Of a stretch of 64,000 bases of DNA, positions 53,736 to 61,153 are shown one piece after another. Source of the DNA: a virus. The number at the start of each line of letters is the position of its first letter. The first letter of the stretch is position 1. The position numbers were made by a program, and so were the translations under genes. A model generated the notes under the pieces. That model ran no database searches. It saw only the letters and a list, made by a program, of their open reading frames with translations, and was not told the DNA's origin. The DNA lies in the IMG/VR virus record IMGVR_UViG_3300045988_162524, positions 1-64,000 of that record; one strand, written 5' to 3'.

Positions 53736-54177
53736 GAAAACGCATCCAGATGCAAAGGTTCCAGTAAAACATTACGATGACGATTTTTGTTATGACCTAT
53801 ATGCTACTTCATGCGAAGAGATAGCACCAAATGTGTATAAGTACGGACTGGGATTAGCTTTCCAAATAGATGAAGACTATATTAAGGCTATGCGGAAAGG
53901 CGGATATGTATTATCCATTGATATAAGACCAAGAAGCAGTATTTGGAAGACAGGGATGATTATGACTAACTCTGTCGGTACAGTGGATGAAGGTTATACT
54001 AATGAGATATGCGCTATTTTCTATCACGTATTAACAAATTTACAACGATATTCAGTAGGGGATAGAGTAGCCCAGTTGAAGATTGGGTTAACTCCTAAAA
54101 TAGACTTTGTAGAAGTTGAAAAGCTAAATGAAAAAGAAAGAGGTTTAAACGGAATAGGTAGTACAGGGAGGAAATAG
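53719..54177 (+). CDS. dut: dUTP pyrophosphatase (trimeric dUTPase)
   Basis: FCYDLYA (motif 1), IRPRSS (motif 2), GTVDEGYTNEI (motif 3), ERGLNGIGSTG (motif 5). Confidence 0.9.
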   Translation: MKVKFKKTHPDAKVPVKHYDDDFCYDLYATSCEEIAPNVYKYGLGLAFQIDEDYIKAMRKGGYVLSIDIRPRSSIWKTGMIMTNSVGTVDEGYTNEICAIFYHVLTNLQRYSVGDRVAQLKIGLTPKIDFVEVEKLNEKERGLNGIGSTGRK

Positions 54178-54179
54178 AT

Positions 54180-54641
54180 ATGGGATTTATTCAAAAAGCT
54201 TTTTTAAGAGCAAACAACAAGAAAATATTAGATAAACTAAAGGAACTTGGTTATCATATTTGTCCTTGCTGCTATTTCTATAGAGCCGTATGGCTTAATA
54301 TATGTATTCCTACCCAATCTATTCATGGCGTTGGTTATCCTGATGAGTGTTACAATCTTTCATTAGAGGACGAATTGAAACGTTTTTTATCAGAAAGGGA
54401 AGAAAATGATATTGATTGCGGTGAAAATGAAAACTTATTCTATTTTATTGCTGCACTCCGAGATGATACCGATGACAGACAAGTCTTTACTAACAATAAA
54501 GGAGATTGGGGTATATATCATGATAACGAATTAGAAGGAGGATTATCAGGAATCGAATTTATGTATCTACCCAAAGATAATGATACAGATAATTATCATA
54601 AGGCTAGTGTTGAAGAATTAAAATTGTTGTTTAAAAAATGA
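54180..54641 (+). CDS. hypothetical protein, paralogue family B copy 2
   Basis: MGFIQKAFLRANNKKILDKLKELGY...IDCGENENLFYFIAALRDDTDDRQVF...HKASVEELK. Confidence 0.6.
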   Translation: MGFIQKAFLRANNKKILDKLKELGYHICPCCYFYRAVWLNICIPTQSIHGVGYPDECYNLSLEDELKRFLSEREENDIDCGENENLFYFIAALRDDTDDRQVFTNNKGDWGIYHDNELEGGLSGIEFMYLPKDNDTDNYHKASVEELKLLFKK

Positions 54642-54859
54642 GTAATACAGGACATAAATGGATCTACCGCAGAATAATACCTCGTCTTAAAAACCCGATA
54701 AGGTATAAGGTTCGTGTATATTACGGTGCTAAAAGTATTGATGTCGGCATGTTTAGAACATTAGAAGATGCTCTGAAAAGACGTAATCAATATATCAAAG
54801 ATAATAATATAAGCGAACTTGCATTGAAGAAATATAATAGGCACTTAGATACAACTTAA
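54638..54859 (+). CDS. small AP2-like DNA-binding protein
   Basis: 73 aa. KWIYRRI...RYKVRVYYGAKSIDVGMFRTLEDALKRRNQY fits the AP2 strand-strand-strand-helix pattern seen in HNH-associated AP2 domains. Confidence 0.5.
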   Translation: MSNTGHKWIYRRIIPRLKNPIRYKVRVYYGAKSIDVGMFRTLEDALKRRNQYIKDNNISELALKKYNRHLDTT

Positions 54860-54871
54860 CACATAATTGAC

Positions 54872-54879
54872 TATCTTTG
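54872..54879 (+). promoter_or_regulatory. -7 promoter box TATCTTTG directly abutting tnpB
   Basis: The box ends 3 nt before ATG 54883, implying a leaderless or near-leaderless mRNA. Confidence 0.4.
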
Positions 54880-54882
54880 CGT

Positions 54883-56061
54883 ATGCAGCGAGTAGAACGA
54901 TATATTATCATTGGAGACAAGAATTTGGATAGTCTTTGCTTCTTATCCAAGAACTTGTATAACTACGTGAATTATCTGATACGTCAGGAGTTTACGCAGA
55001 ATGGGAAGATGTTGTCTGAATATGAAGTTACTACAAGGCTTGCTAAAGAAAAACAGGCTGACTATATCGTTCTACCGTCACAGACAAGTCAACAGATAGT
55101 TAAGTTGCTATTCAAGAACTGGAAGTCGTTCTTCAAGCTGTGCAAGTGCAAGGACAAGTTGAAAGGAAAACCGAAACTTCCAAAGTACAAGCATAAGACG
55201 AAAGGACGGAACATAGTCGTATTCACCTCACAACAATGCAAGTTGAAGGGCGGATACATCCACTTCCCGAAGAAAGCAAACATACAACCGTTAAGAACAA
55301 AGGTGACTAACTTGTGCCAAGTGAGGATTACACCTCAATGTAGTTGCCACATAATAGAAGTAGTATATGAAAAAGAATGTATTGAAACCATCGGACTAGA
55401 GCCGGATTCTTATTTGAGTATTGATTTAGGATTGAATAATCTTGTAACTTCATGCGATTCACTCAATCACAAGAGTTTTATCGTAAATGGCAGACCGTTG
55501 AAATCCATCAACCAATACTTTAACAAGAAAAGAGCATTACTCATGAGATATATAGGGAACAGAGGTACGAGTAATAGAATAGGTAAGCTGACATTAAAGA
55601 GAAATTGTAAAGTAAATGACTATATGCATAAAGCATCACGTTTTATTGTAAACTATTGTATAGAACATCATATCGGTACTATTGTAATAGGGAACAATAA
55701 AGCCTGGAAGCAAAACTGCAATATGGGAAAGAGAAACAATCAGAACTTTGTAAGCGTACCATTTGAAAAGCTTATATCCATGATACAGTATAAATCCGAA
55801 GAAGTGGGAATAAGAGTAGTCATAACAGAAGAGAGCTATACTTCTAAAGTTGACCACTATGCCGGAGAAGAGATGTGTCACCATGATAGTTACTTGGGTA
55901 AACGAATAAAAAGAGGTCTATACCGTAGCAGTACAGGGAAAATCCTGAATGCTGACCTTAACGGAGCGATAGGAATTTTAAGAAAAGTATCTCACGAAAG
56001 CTATATGCAAGTAGTGAGTAGAGGTGGAGTGGAGACACCATCGAGAATACACCTAGTGTAG
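54883..56061 (+). CDS. tnpB: TnpB-like RNA-guided endonuclease (RuvC-type)
   Basis: RuvC-I SIDLGLNNLVT, RuvC-II VVITEESYTSK, RuvC-III LNADLNGAIGILRK. The segment between II and III (VDHYAGEEMCHHDSYLGKRIKRGLY) lacks the usual CxxC...CxxC zinc finger. Confidence 0.8.
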   Translation: MQRVERYIIIGDKNLDSLCFLSKNLYNYVNYLIRQEFTQNGKMLSEYEVTTRLAKEKQADYIVLPSQTSQQIVKLLFKNWKSFFKLCKCKDKLKGKPKLPKYKHKTKGRNIVVFTSQQCKLKGGYIHFPKKANIQPLRTKVTNLCQVRITPQCSCHIIEVVYEKECIETIGLEPDSYLSIDLGLNNLVTSCDSLNHKSFIVNGRPLKSINQYFNKKRALLMRYIGNRGTSNRIGKLTLKRNCKVNDYMHKASRFIVNYCIEHHIGTIVIGNNKAWKQNCNMGKRNNQNFVSVPFEKLISMIQYKSEEVGIRVVITEESYTSKVDHYAGEEMCHHDSYLGKRIKRGLYRSSTGKILNADLNGAIGILRKVSHESYMQVVSRGGVETPSRIHLV

Positions 56062-56109
56062 ACTCGTAAATAAATACCATAATACACGTAACGAAAATAA
56101 AGATTTAAT

Positions 56110-56517
56110 ATGGGAAAGTATTTTAGCATTGAAGAATTATGTCGGTCAAATACAGCCGATGCAAAAGGAATAGATAATACTCCTAATAATGCTCAAAAAG
56201 AAAGGTTAAAGGATTTAATAGAAAATGTATTAGACCCTTTAAGAGAGGCATACGGAAAACCTATTGTGGTTAACAGTGGTTTTCGCTGTCAAGAACTAAA
56301 TAAAGCTGTAAGGGGAGCTTTATCAAGTGAACATCTCTGTACAAGAAGTGCTGCTGCTGACATTACAGGTGGAAGTAAAGAAGAAAATAAAAAACTATTT
56401 GAATTAGCACAACAATTAAAACTTCCATTCCGACAACTAATAGACGAAAAGGATTTTAGTTGGGTGCATATTTCTTATAATAAAAATGATATAAAGCGGC
56501 AAGTATTGAAACTTTAG
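56110..56517 (+). CDS. peptidase M15 family endolysin (L-alanyl-D-glutamate / D-Ala-D-Ala peptidase type)
   Basis: FSIEELCRSNTADAKGIDNTP, VNSGFRCQELNKAV, SSEH...AAADI, FSWVHISY: the H/D/H zinc-ligand pattern of M15 phage lysins. Confidence 0.8.
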   Translation: MGKYFSIEELCRSNTADAKGIDNTPNNAQKERLKDLIENVLDPLREAYGKPIVVNSGFRCQELNKAVRGALSSEHLCTRSAAADITGGSKEENKKLFELAQQLKLPFRQLIDEKDFSWVHISYNKNDIKRQVLKL

Positions 56518-56522
56518 AGAAG

Positions 56523-56549
56523 AGGGGCTATTTAGCCCCTTCGCTTTTT
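56523..56549. terminator. terminator hairpin between convergent genes
   Basis: aggggc-tattta-gcccct followed by TCGCTTTTT. Overlaps the last codons of the - ORF 56528-56713. Confidence 0.55.
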
Positions 56550-56713
56550 AGTGATTGCAACTCCATAATTTCATTTGTAAGTTGAAATCTTAATTTCTCA
56601 AAATCACAATGAGGTAAATCTCTCACTAAATCATTGATTGCCTCATTAATCATGTAATTCTTACGTATGATTGCCAATTTGACAGCATCATATTTTACTC
56701 TTTTTGTTTTCAT
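56528..56713 (-). CDS. hypothetical small protein
   Basis: 61-aa ORF, last gene of a three-gene leftward cassette. Confidence 0.5.
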   Translation of the reverse strand: MKTKRVKYDAVKLAIIRKNYMINEAINDLVRDLPHCDFEKLRFQLTNEIMELQSLKSEGAK

Positions 56714-56719
56714 AGGCTA

Positions 56720-56881
56720 TCATTTTTCAGACTTCAAAAGTTGCTCTATTTTCTCTTCTGTAAATCCAAATTGCTTAGCAAATTTCATAAAAGACTTCTT
56801 TTGCTTTTCGGGAATAAGTGCAAACATAGAGTTGATAGGTTTATCACTCTGTAATGCTTTCTTGAAATCTTTGTTTTTCAT
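56720..56881 (-). CDS. hypothetical small protein
   Basis: 53-aa ORF MKNKDFKKALQSDKPINSMFALIPEKQKKSFMKFAKQFGFTEEKIEQLLKSEK, below the track cutoff; fills the gap exactly. Confidence 0.45.
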   Translation of the reverse strand: MKNKDFKKALQSDKPINSMFALIPEKQKKSFMKFAKQFGFTEEKIEQLLKSEK

Positions 56882-56885
56882 ATTA

Positions 56886-57299
56886 TCATTTCTTTATTCT
56901 ACAACAATCACATAAATATTTCTTTGCCGAATCCCATGTCTTATCTATGATATAATCACCTAAATATTGTATTTCCTCACCATGAGGGCTTATATCATAA
57001 GTAAGGCATATATGGTCTGCTAAGTGTCCTGATTCATGAGACCAAGTTTTTTCAAACTCTTTTGCACTGCTCGTTCTACCTATAACAATTACACTTTTAT
57101 GCGCTAAGTGATTAGAAAATGTAAGTCCGTTATTATATCCACATGTAGTTAGATTTTTATAAGCTCTTTTAAGAGACTCTTCTCCACATTCGATATATTC
57201 TAATTCCTCTATTACATCTTCAAAATATTTGCAAGTATAATCATAAAAGATAGTGACAGTCCAATCGTATTTAGATAAATATATTGTTTTTATTTCCAT
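56886..57299 (-). CDS. small HExxH metallopeptidase-like protein
   Basis: WSHESGHLADH...HGEEIQYLG. Same architecture as ORF 16746-17150. Confidence 0.55.
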   Translation of the reverse strand: MEIKTIYLSKYDWTVTIFYDYTCKYFEDVIEELEYIECGEESLKRAYKNLTTCGYNNGLTFSNHLAHKSVIVIGRTSSAKEFEKTWSHESGHLADHICLTYDISPHGEEIQYLGDYIIDKTWDSAKKYLCDCCRIKK

Positions 57300-57326
57300 A
57301 AATATTTGAATTTAAAAAGTTATTTG

Positions 57327-57334
57327 TATCTTTG
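57327..57334 (+). promoter_or_regulatory. -7 promoter box TATCTTTG
   Basis: In the divergent intergenic region, 104 nt upstream of ATG 57439. Confidence 0.45.
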
Positions 57335-57345
57335 CATTGTTGTCA

Positions 57346-57425
57346 GCATCTCAATTAAAGACATCACCCTCTAAAACATGACGCCTGTCTATTTGTGAGT
57401 TGAGATGCACATTTAGGCGGGCGTC
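57346..57425 (+). promoter_or_regulatory. structured leader with interleaved stems
   Basis: Stem A gcatctcaa (57346-54) / ttgagatgc (57400-08). Stem B gacgcc (57380-85) / ggcgtc (57420-25), then TCCCTTTT. Confidence 0.45.
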
Positions 57426-57438
57426 TCCCTTTTATAAC

Positions 57439-58203
57439 ATGAAGAAATTAACAACTGATGAATTTATCTCAAAAGCCATTTCAGTTCATGGTGACGAGTA
57501 TGATTATTCTAAAACTGTTTATATAAACAAAAGAACTAAAGTAATAATAACTTGCAAAAAGCATGGCGATTATTATCAGTATCCTTTAGACCATCTAAAG
57601 GGTCACAAATGCAAACTATGTGCTAATGACTACAATAAATCAAGGATTAAAAATGTAGCCATTAATGACCTTGATTTAGCTCATGGTACAGATTGCTATT
57701 CTCATTGGATTCAGATTATTAGAAGGATTTACGATGAAAAATGGAAAACAAAAAATCAATCTTATATAGATTGTACAGTTTGTGAAGAATGGCTTTATTT
57801 ATCTAACTTCAAGAAGTGGTTTGACGACCCTATCAATGGCTATAAAGAAGGATACGAAATAGACAAAGACATTCTTATCAAAGGGAATAAAATGTATTCA
57901 CCCGATACTTGCTGTTTTGTACCACAAGAAATAAACAAACTCTTATTGTTGAATAAACATAAGAGAAGTAGTACTCCAATTGGAGTAAATCTTAAAAACA
58001 ATAAATACGTTGCTCGTTTATCTAAAAGGAGAAAGAGGGTATTTATAGGTTCTTATGATGATAAGGAAGAAGCTTTTAATGCCTATAAAACAGCTAAAGA
58101 ACAATATGTCAAAGAACTAGCGGACAAATATTACAAAGAAGGAAAAATTACTAAAAAAGTATATGATGCCTTAATGAAATATGAAGTCGAAATAACAGAT
58201 TAG
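57439..58203 (+). CDS. HNH/AP2-type homing endonuclease-like protein
   Basis: ATG 57439 (MKKLTTDEFISKAISVHGDEYDYSKTVY...CKKHGDYYQ...HKCKLC), central YEIDKDILIKGNKMYSPDTCCFVPQEINK, C-terminal AP2-like PIGVNLKNNKYVARL...FIGSYDDKEEAFNAY. Confidence 0.6.
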   Translation: MKKLTTDEFISKAISVHGDEYDYSKTVYINKRTKVIITCKKHGDYYQYPLDHLKGHKCKLCANDYNKSRIKNVAINDLDLAHGTDCYSHWIQIIRRIYDEKWKTKNQSYIDCTVCEEWLYLSNFKKWFDDPINGYKEGYEIDKDILIKGNKMYSPDTCCFVPQEINKLLLLNKHKRSSTPIGVNLKNNKYVARLSKRRKRVFIGSYDDKEEAFNAYKTAKEQYVKELADKYYKEGKITKKVYDALMKYEVEITD

Positions 58204-58616
58204 AGACATTCTTTCCAAGGAATTACTGTCCCATTACCAGAGCATATAGAAAAGAAATATCTAAATGGTTTTTCTGAACCTACATTTGCATCTTTATCAT
58301 CTAAATAGTCTTTGATAGATAAAGCTAAATGTTGTTCATCTGATATTCCACTTCCCCAATAATCGCTTTTTAACATATTACAGACATACCAACTGTTTGC
58401 ACCGTTGTCAAGCTCCAAGGTAATGCCATAACGTGTAAGCAATTCTTTTACTTTTTCACGTGGGACTGGCGTATATGGATTACCATCTTTATCTTTCATC
58501 TTGGATATTGCAAACTCGGCCATTTTATCGCTGAAATTGAATCCGTTGAATTGAAGATATTTTCTCATATCCTCCGGTATATTATCATACAAATCAAAAC
58601 TTGCTCCTTTATACAT
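58200..58616 (-). CDS. hypothetical protein
   Basis: 138-aa ORF, convergent with the HNH-like gene (4-nt overlap of stops). Confidence 0.55.
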   Translation of the reverse strand: MYKGASFDLYDNIPEDMRKYLQFNGFNFSDKMAEFAISKMKDKDGNPYTPVPREKVKELLTRYGITLELDNGANSWYVCNMLKSDYWGSGISDEQHLALSIKDYLDDKDANVGSEKPFRYFFSICSGNGTVIPWKECL

Positions 58617-58630
58617 AATTAAAAAGTTTG

Positions 58631-58657
58631 TAGGGCACTAAAAATTATAGTGCCCTA
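58631..58657 (-). other. intergenic hairpin
   Basis: tagggcact / agtgcccta 9-bp stem between two leftward genes. Confidence 0.5.
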
Positions 58658-58664
58658 ATTAATA

Positions 58665-58931
58665 CTAGCGTCTGCGTGAACGTGAGCGTCTGCCCCGTCT
58701 TTCTCCCATCATTTCTTCATCATCGTATTCATCGTATCTATTCCCGTAAGAACCACCACGACTACCACCACCATAAGAAACGCCTTGTCCGCTACGTTCT
58801 CCCATTGATTCCATTTCGTCCCAAAGGGTTTCGAAATCTTCTTTTAGGCATTCAAGACTCTCTTTGAAGTCCTTAAAGGCTTTTCCTAATCCACCTTTTC
58901 TTTCGCCTTCCATTATTTCAATCATTCCCAT
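58665..58931 (-). CDS. small RGG/Arg-rich low-complexity protein
   Basis: 88 aa. Acidic helical N-terminal half, then GGGSRGGSYGNRYDEYDDEE and the tail RRGRRSRSRRR. Confidence 0.55.
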   Translation of the reverse strand: MGMIEIMEGERKGGLGKAFKDFKESLECLKEDFETLWDEMESMGERSGQGVSYGGGSRGGSYGNRYDEYDDEEMMGERRGRRSRSRRR

Positions 58932-58938
58932 AATATTA

Positions 58939-59469
58939 TTATTTAGAATTTGTTGTTTTGGGTTTATTAGATGTATTCATTTCCATCAAAAGAGATTTTA
59001 TATCTCCCAATCCATCTTTTACGGATTTAACCTCCTGTTCCAATGAATTAATCCTATCTTCTTGTTGCTTCTCTTTAGCAAATTGAGGATTTAGTTCTTT
59101 TAAAATACTATCACAAGATTCTATAACAGATTTATGATATGGAACGCTTTCTACAATTTGCTTACTAGTTTGCATCATTGCTTCAACTTCCGAAATGATA
59201 GCCTCTTTCTTTTCGGAAACAATCACATTTGGATAAGCAAACATTTCACCATTTGCTGGTAATTTTTGAAAGTCTAAAACTTCCTCGCCACATCTTACCT
59301 TAATGTCAATAAGCATTTCTGGTTGAGGACTATAAGGTACTGACGGATTATAAGTAGGATATTTAGGGACAGGTGAACTTACAGATTCAATCTGTCCTAT
59401 CTTAACTGTTGGTCTTTCTCCTTTAGAAAGAACATATATAAAACCACCTTGTCTACTTGATGAAAACAT
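58939..59469 (-). CDS. hypothetical protein
   Basis: 176-aa ORF. Confidence 0.55.
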   Translation of the reverse strand: MFSSSRQGGFIYVLSKGERPTVKIGQIESVSSPVPKYPTYNPSVPYSPQPEMLIDIKVRCGEEVLDFQKLPANGEMFAYPNVIVSEKKEAIISEVEAMMQTSKQIVESVPYHKSVIESCDSILKELNPQFAKEKQQEDRINSLEQEVKSVKDGLGDIKSLLMEMNTSNKPKTTNSK

Positions 59470-59495
59470 ATAATAAACTTTTTAATTTGTTTTAC

Positions 59496-59521
59496 ATAGA
59501 CGGGATTTTACCCCCGTCTAT
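59496..59521 (-). other. intergenic hairpin
   Basis: atagacggg / cccgtctat 9-bp stem; no U-run follows. Confidence 0.45.
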
Positions 59522-59525
59522 AGAT

Positions 59526-60014
59526 TCACTTACTTGTTACTGATATAGGTGCAGGGGTTGTTCCACCTGTCTGAAAATTGACAAAACGTATAATCCCTTC
59601 TCTTTTATTGATAAAAGCAAATACTTCTTTTGAGTTTGTTATATCAGAACCAATAACATTTGAGCTGTTATGGTCTATAACATTTACCTTACTTTCACCA
59701 TTATTAGAAGAAGAACTTCCTACATTTGTACTATTATTGGACGTTGGAATAGCAATCGTTACAGGCAGTGCTTCACCACCTGTTGGAACTGCTTGGTTAA
59801 CTTGCACAGTTACATAACATTCACAAGGAAGCTGATTATACAGACATTTATCAATCCCATAGTCTACACTCGTCTCTGATAAGGCTACGTTTGTTGTCGG
59901 CAACTCAAATATACAAAGTTGTTTCAAACAAGAACGTTGTCTTGTCGGAATAGCTGAACCGAGACCACCCGTCCACCAATATGGACTAAAAGGATTTAAA
60001 GGATTACCATACAT
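59526..60014 (-). CDS. hypothetical protein
   Basis: ATG 60014 (MYGNPLNPFSPYWW) is preceded by AGGAGG 5 nt upstream (complement of 60020-60025). The TTG at 60035 is less likely. Confidence 0.55.
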   Translation of the reverse strand: MYGNPLNPFSPYWWTGGLGSAIPTRQRSCLKQLCIFELPTTNVALSETSVDYGIDKCLYNQLPCECYVTVQVNQAVPTGGEALPVTIAIPTSNNSTNVGSSSSNNGESKVNVIDHNSSNVIGSDITNSKEVFAFINKREGIIRFVNFQTGGTTPAPISVTSK

Positions 60015-60028
60015 AGATACCTCCTTTC

Positions 60029-61015
60029 TTAGCAACCACAGTTACTATAAGGTGTCGCATTCACATTTACAGGCACGCTATAATTAACTGGAATCATACT
60101 ACCCATCGCCGGAATGTAAGGAATTGTTACCGTTTCCGGTTGACGGCATTCAATTTTAGCCAATCGAGCACTTAAATCACTAAGAGCAGCATTTACAGGC
60201 GCAATAGTTTGAGCTTGGAAAGCTTGAATATTTCTTGTCTGTGCATCGTTAGAAATTTGAGCAAGCAAAGTACTCTTATCTTCACGAAGCTTGTCAATTT
60301 TATCAAGCAAATTCTGATTCTGCATAGCATCCAATTTAGACAAGATAGCTTGCGTATTAGCAGTTGCTCCATCACGTAAAGCCAAAGTGTTCTGATTTGC
60401 AGTGTTAACCAATGTATTGGTCTGATTGCAAATAGACAACTGATTTTCATAACCTTGCGTAGTAATAGCATTCTGTGTCTTGCAGCAACAATCTGCAATA
60501 GCCTGTGCAATCTGACAATTTCCAGATTGAATGCTATTGATAATTTGTTGGCTTGACATACCCACTTGATTACCAACACCTTGAATTTGTGTCATAACGC
60601 CATTAATAGACTGTTGAATTTGTCCAACCGAACAATTCAAATTGGTAGCTAAAGTGTTAATAGCCTGACCATTTCCTTGAATAGCACTCATTAGTAATTC
60701 CCTTCCTGCATCATTGTTAATCAAATTTGGAATACCAGCGACACCATATCCGCCACCATTTCCACCATCGTTACAACCATTATTACCCCAACCATTACGA
60801 CCGAAAAGAGGGAAAAGGAAGAACAAGAAGATAATCCATAAGAACCATGAGCCATCTCCACCAAAACCGTTTCCATTTCCTTTGCTATTCAAAGCCATTA
60901 ACAAGTTAGGATCAATACCCTTCTGTTGCAAAAGTGGAGCAAGCATAGCCATCATTCCACTTCCGCTTCCACTCCCTGCATCAGGTGTGTAAACCACTGT
61001 TCGATTTTCTGACAT
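60029..61015 (-). CDS. Gly-rich / TM / Gln-Asn-rich coiled-coil protein with Cys clusters
   Basis: 328 aa: GSGSGSG, TM helix WFLWIIFLFFLFPLF, GWGNNGCNDGGNGGG, then long Q/N/A/I heptad-like repeats with CCC and a terminal NCGC. Confidence 0.6.
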   Translation of the reverse strand: MSENRTVVYTPDAGSGSGSGMMAMLAPLLQQKGIDPNLLMALNSKGNGNGFGGDGSWFLWIIFLFFLFPLFGRNGWGNNGCNDGGNGGGYGVAGIPNLINNDAGRELLMSAIQGNGQAINTLATNLNCSVGQIQQSINGVMTQIQGVGNQVGMSSQQIINSIQSGNCQIAQAIADCCCKTQNAITTQGYENQLSICNQTNTLVNTANQNTLALRDGATANTQAILSKLDAMQNQNLLDKIDKLREDKSTLLAQISNDAQTRNIQAFQAQTIAPVNAALSDLSARLAKIECRQPETVTIPYIPAMGSMIPVNYSVPVNVNATPYSNCGC

Positions 61016-61153
61016 AAATATTACTTTTTAATAGTTATAGATTCCACCATTAGAATCACGGAATTAATCTATAAACTATCTACAAGATATACTATACAGT
61101 ATTTTAGTGCTTGTATTATGTTATTTATCAACGTATTATTAAATATTACCGAA

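Larger units (their letters stand above)
54860..56109 (+). mobile_element. tnpB-only IS200/IS605-family-like cassette (ends not defined)
   Basis: Contains only tnpB. No tnpA in the window and no clear subterminal hairpins seen. Bounded by the AP2-like ORF stop and the endolysin ATG. Confidence 0.45.
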
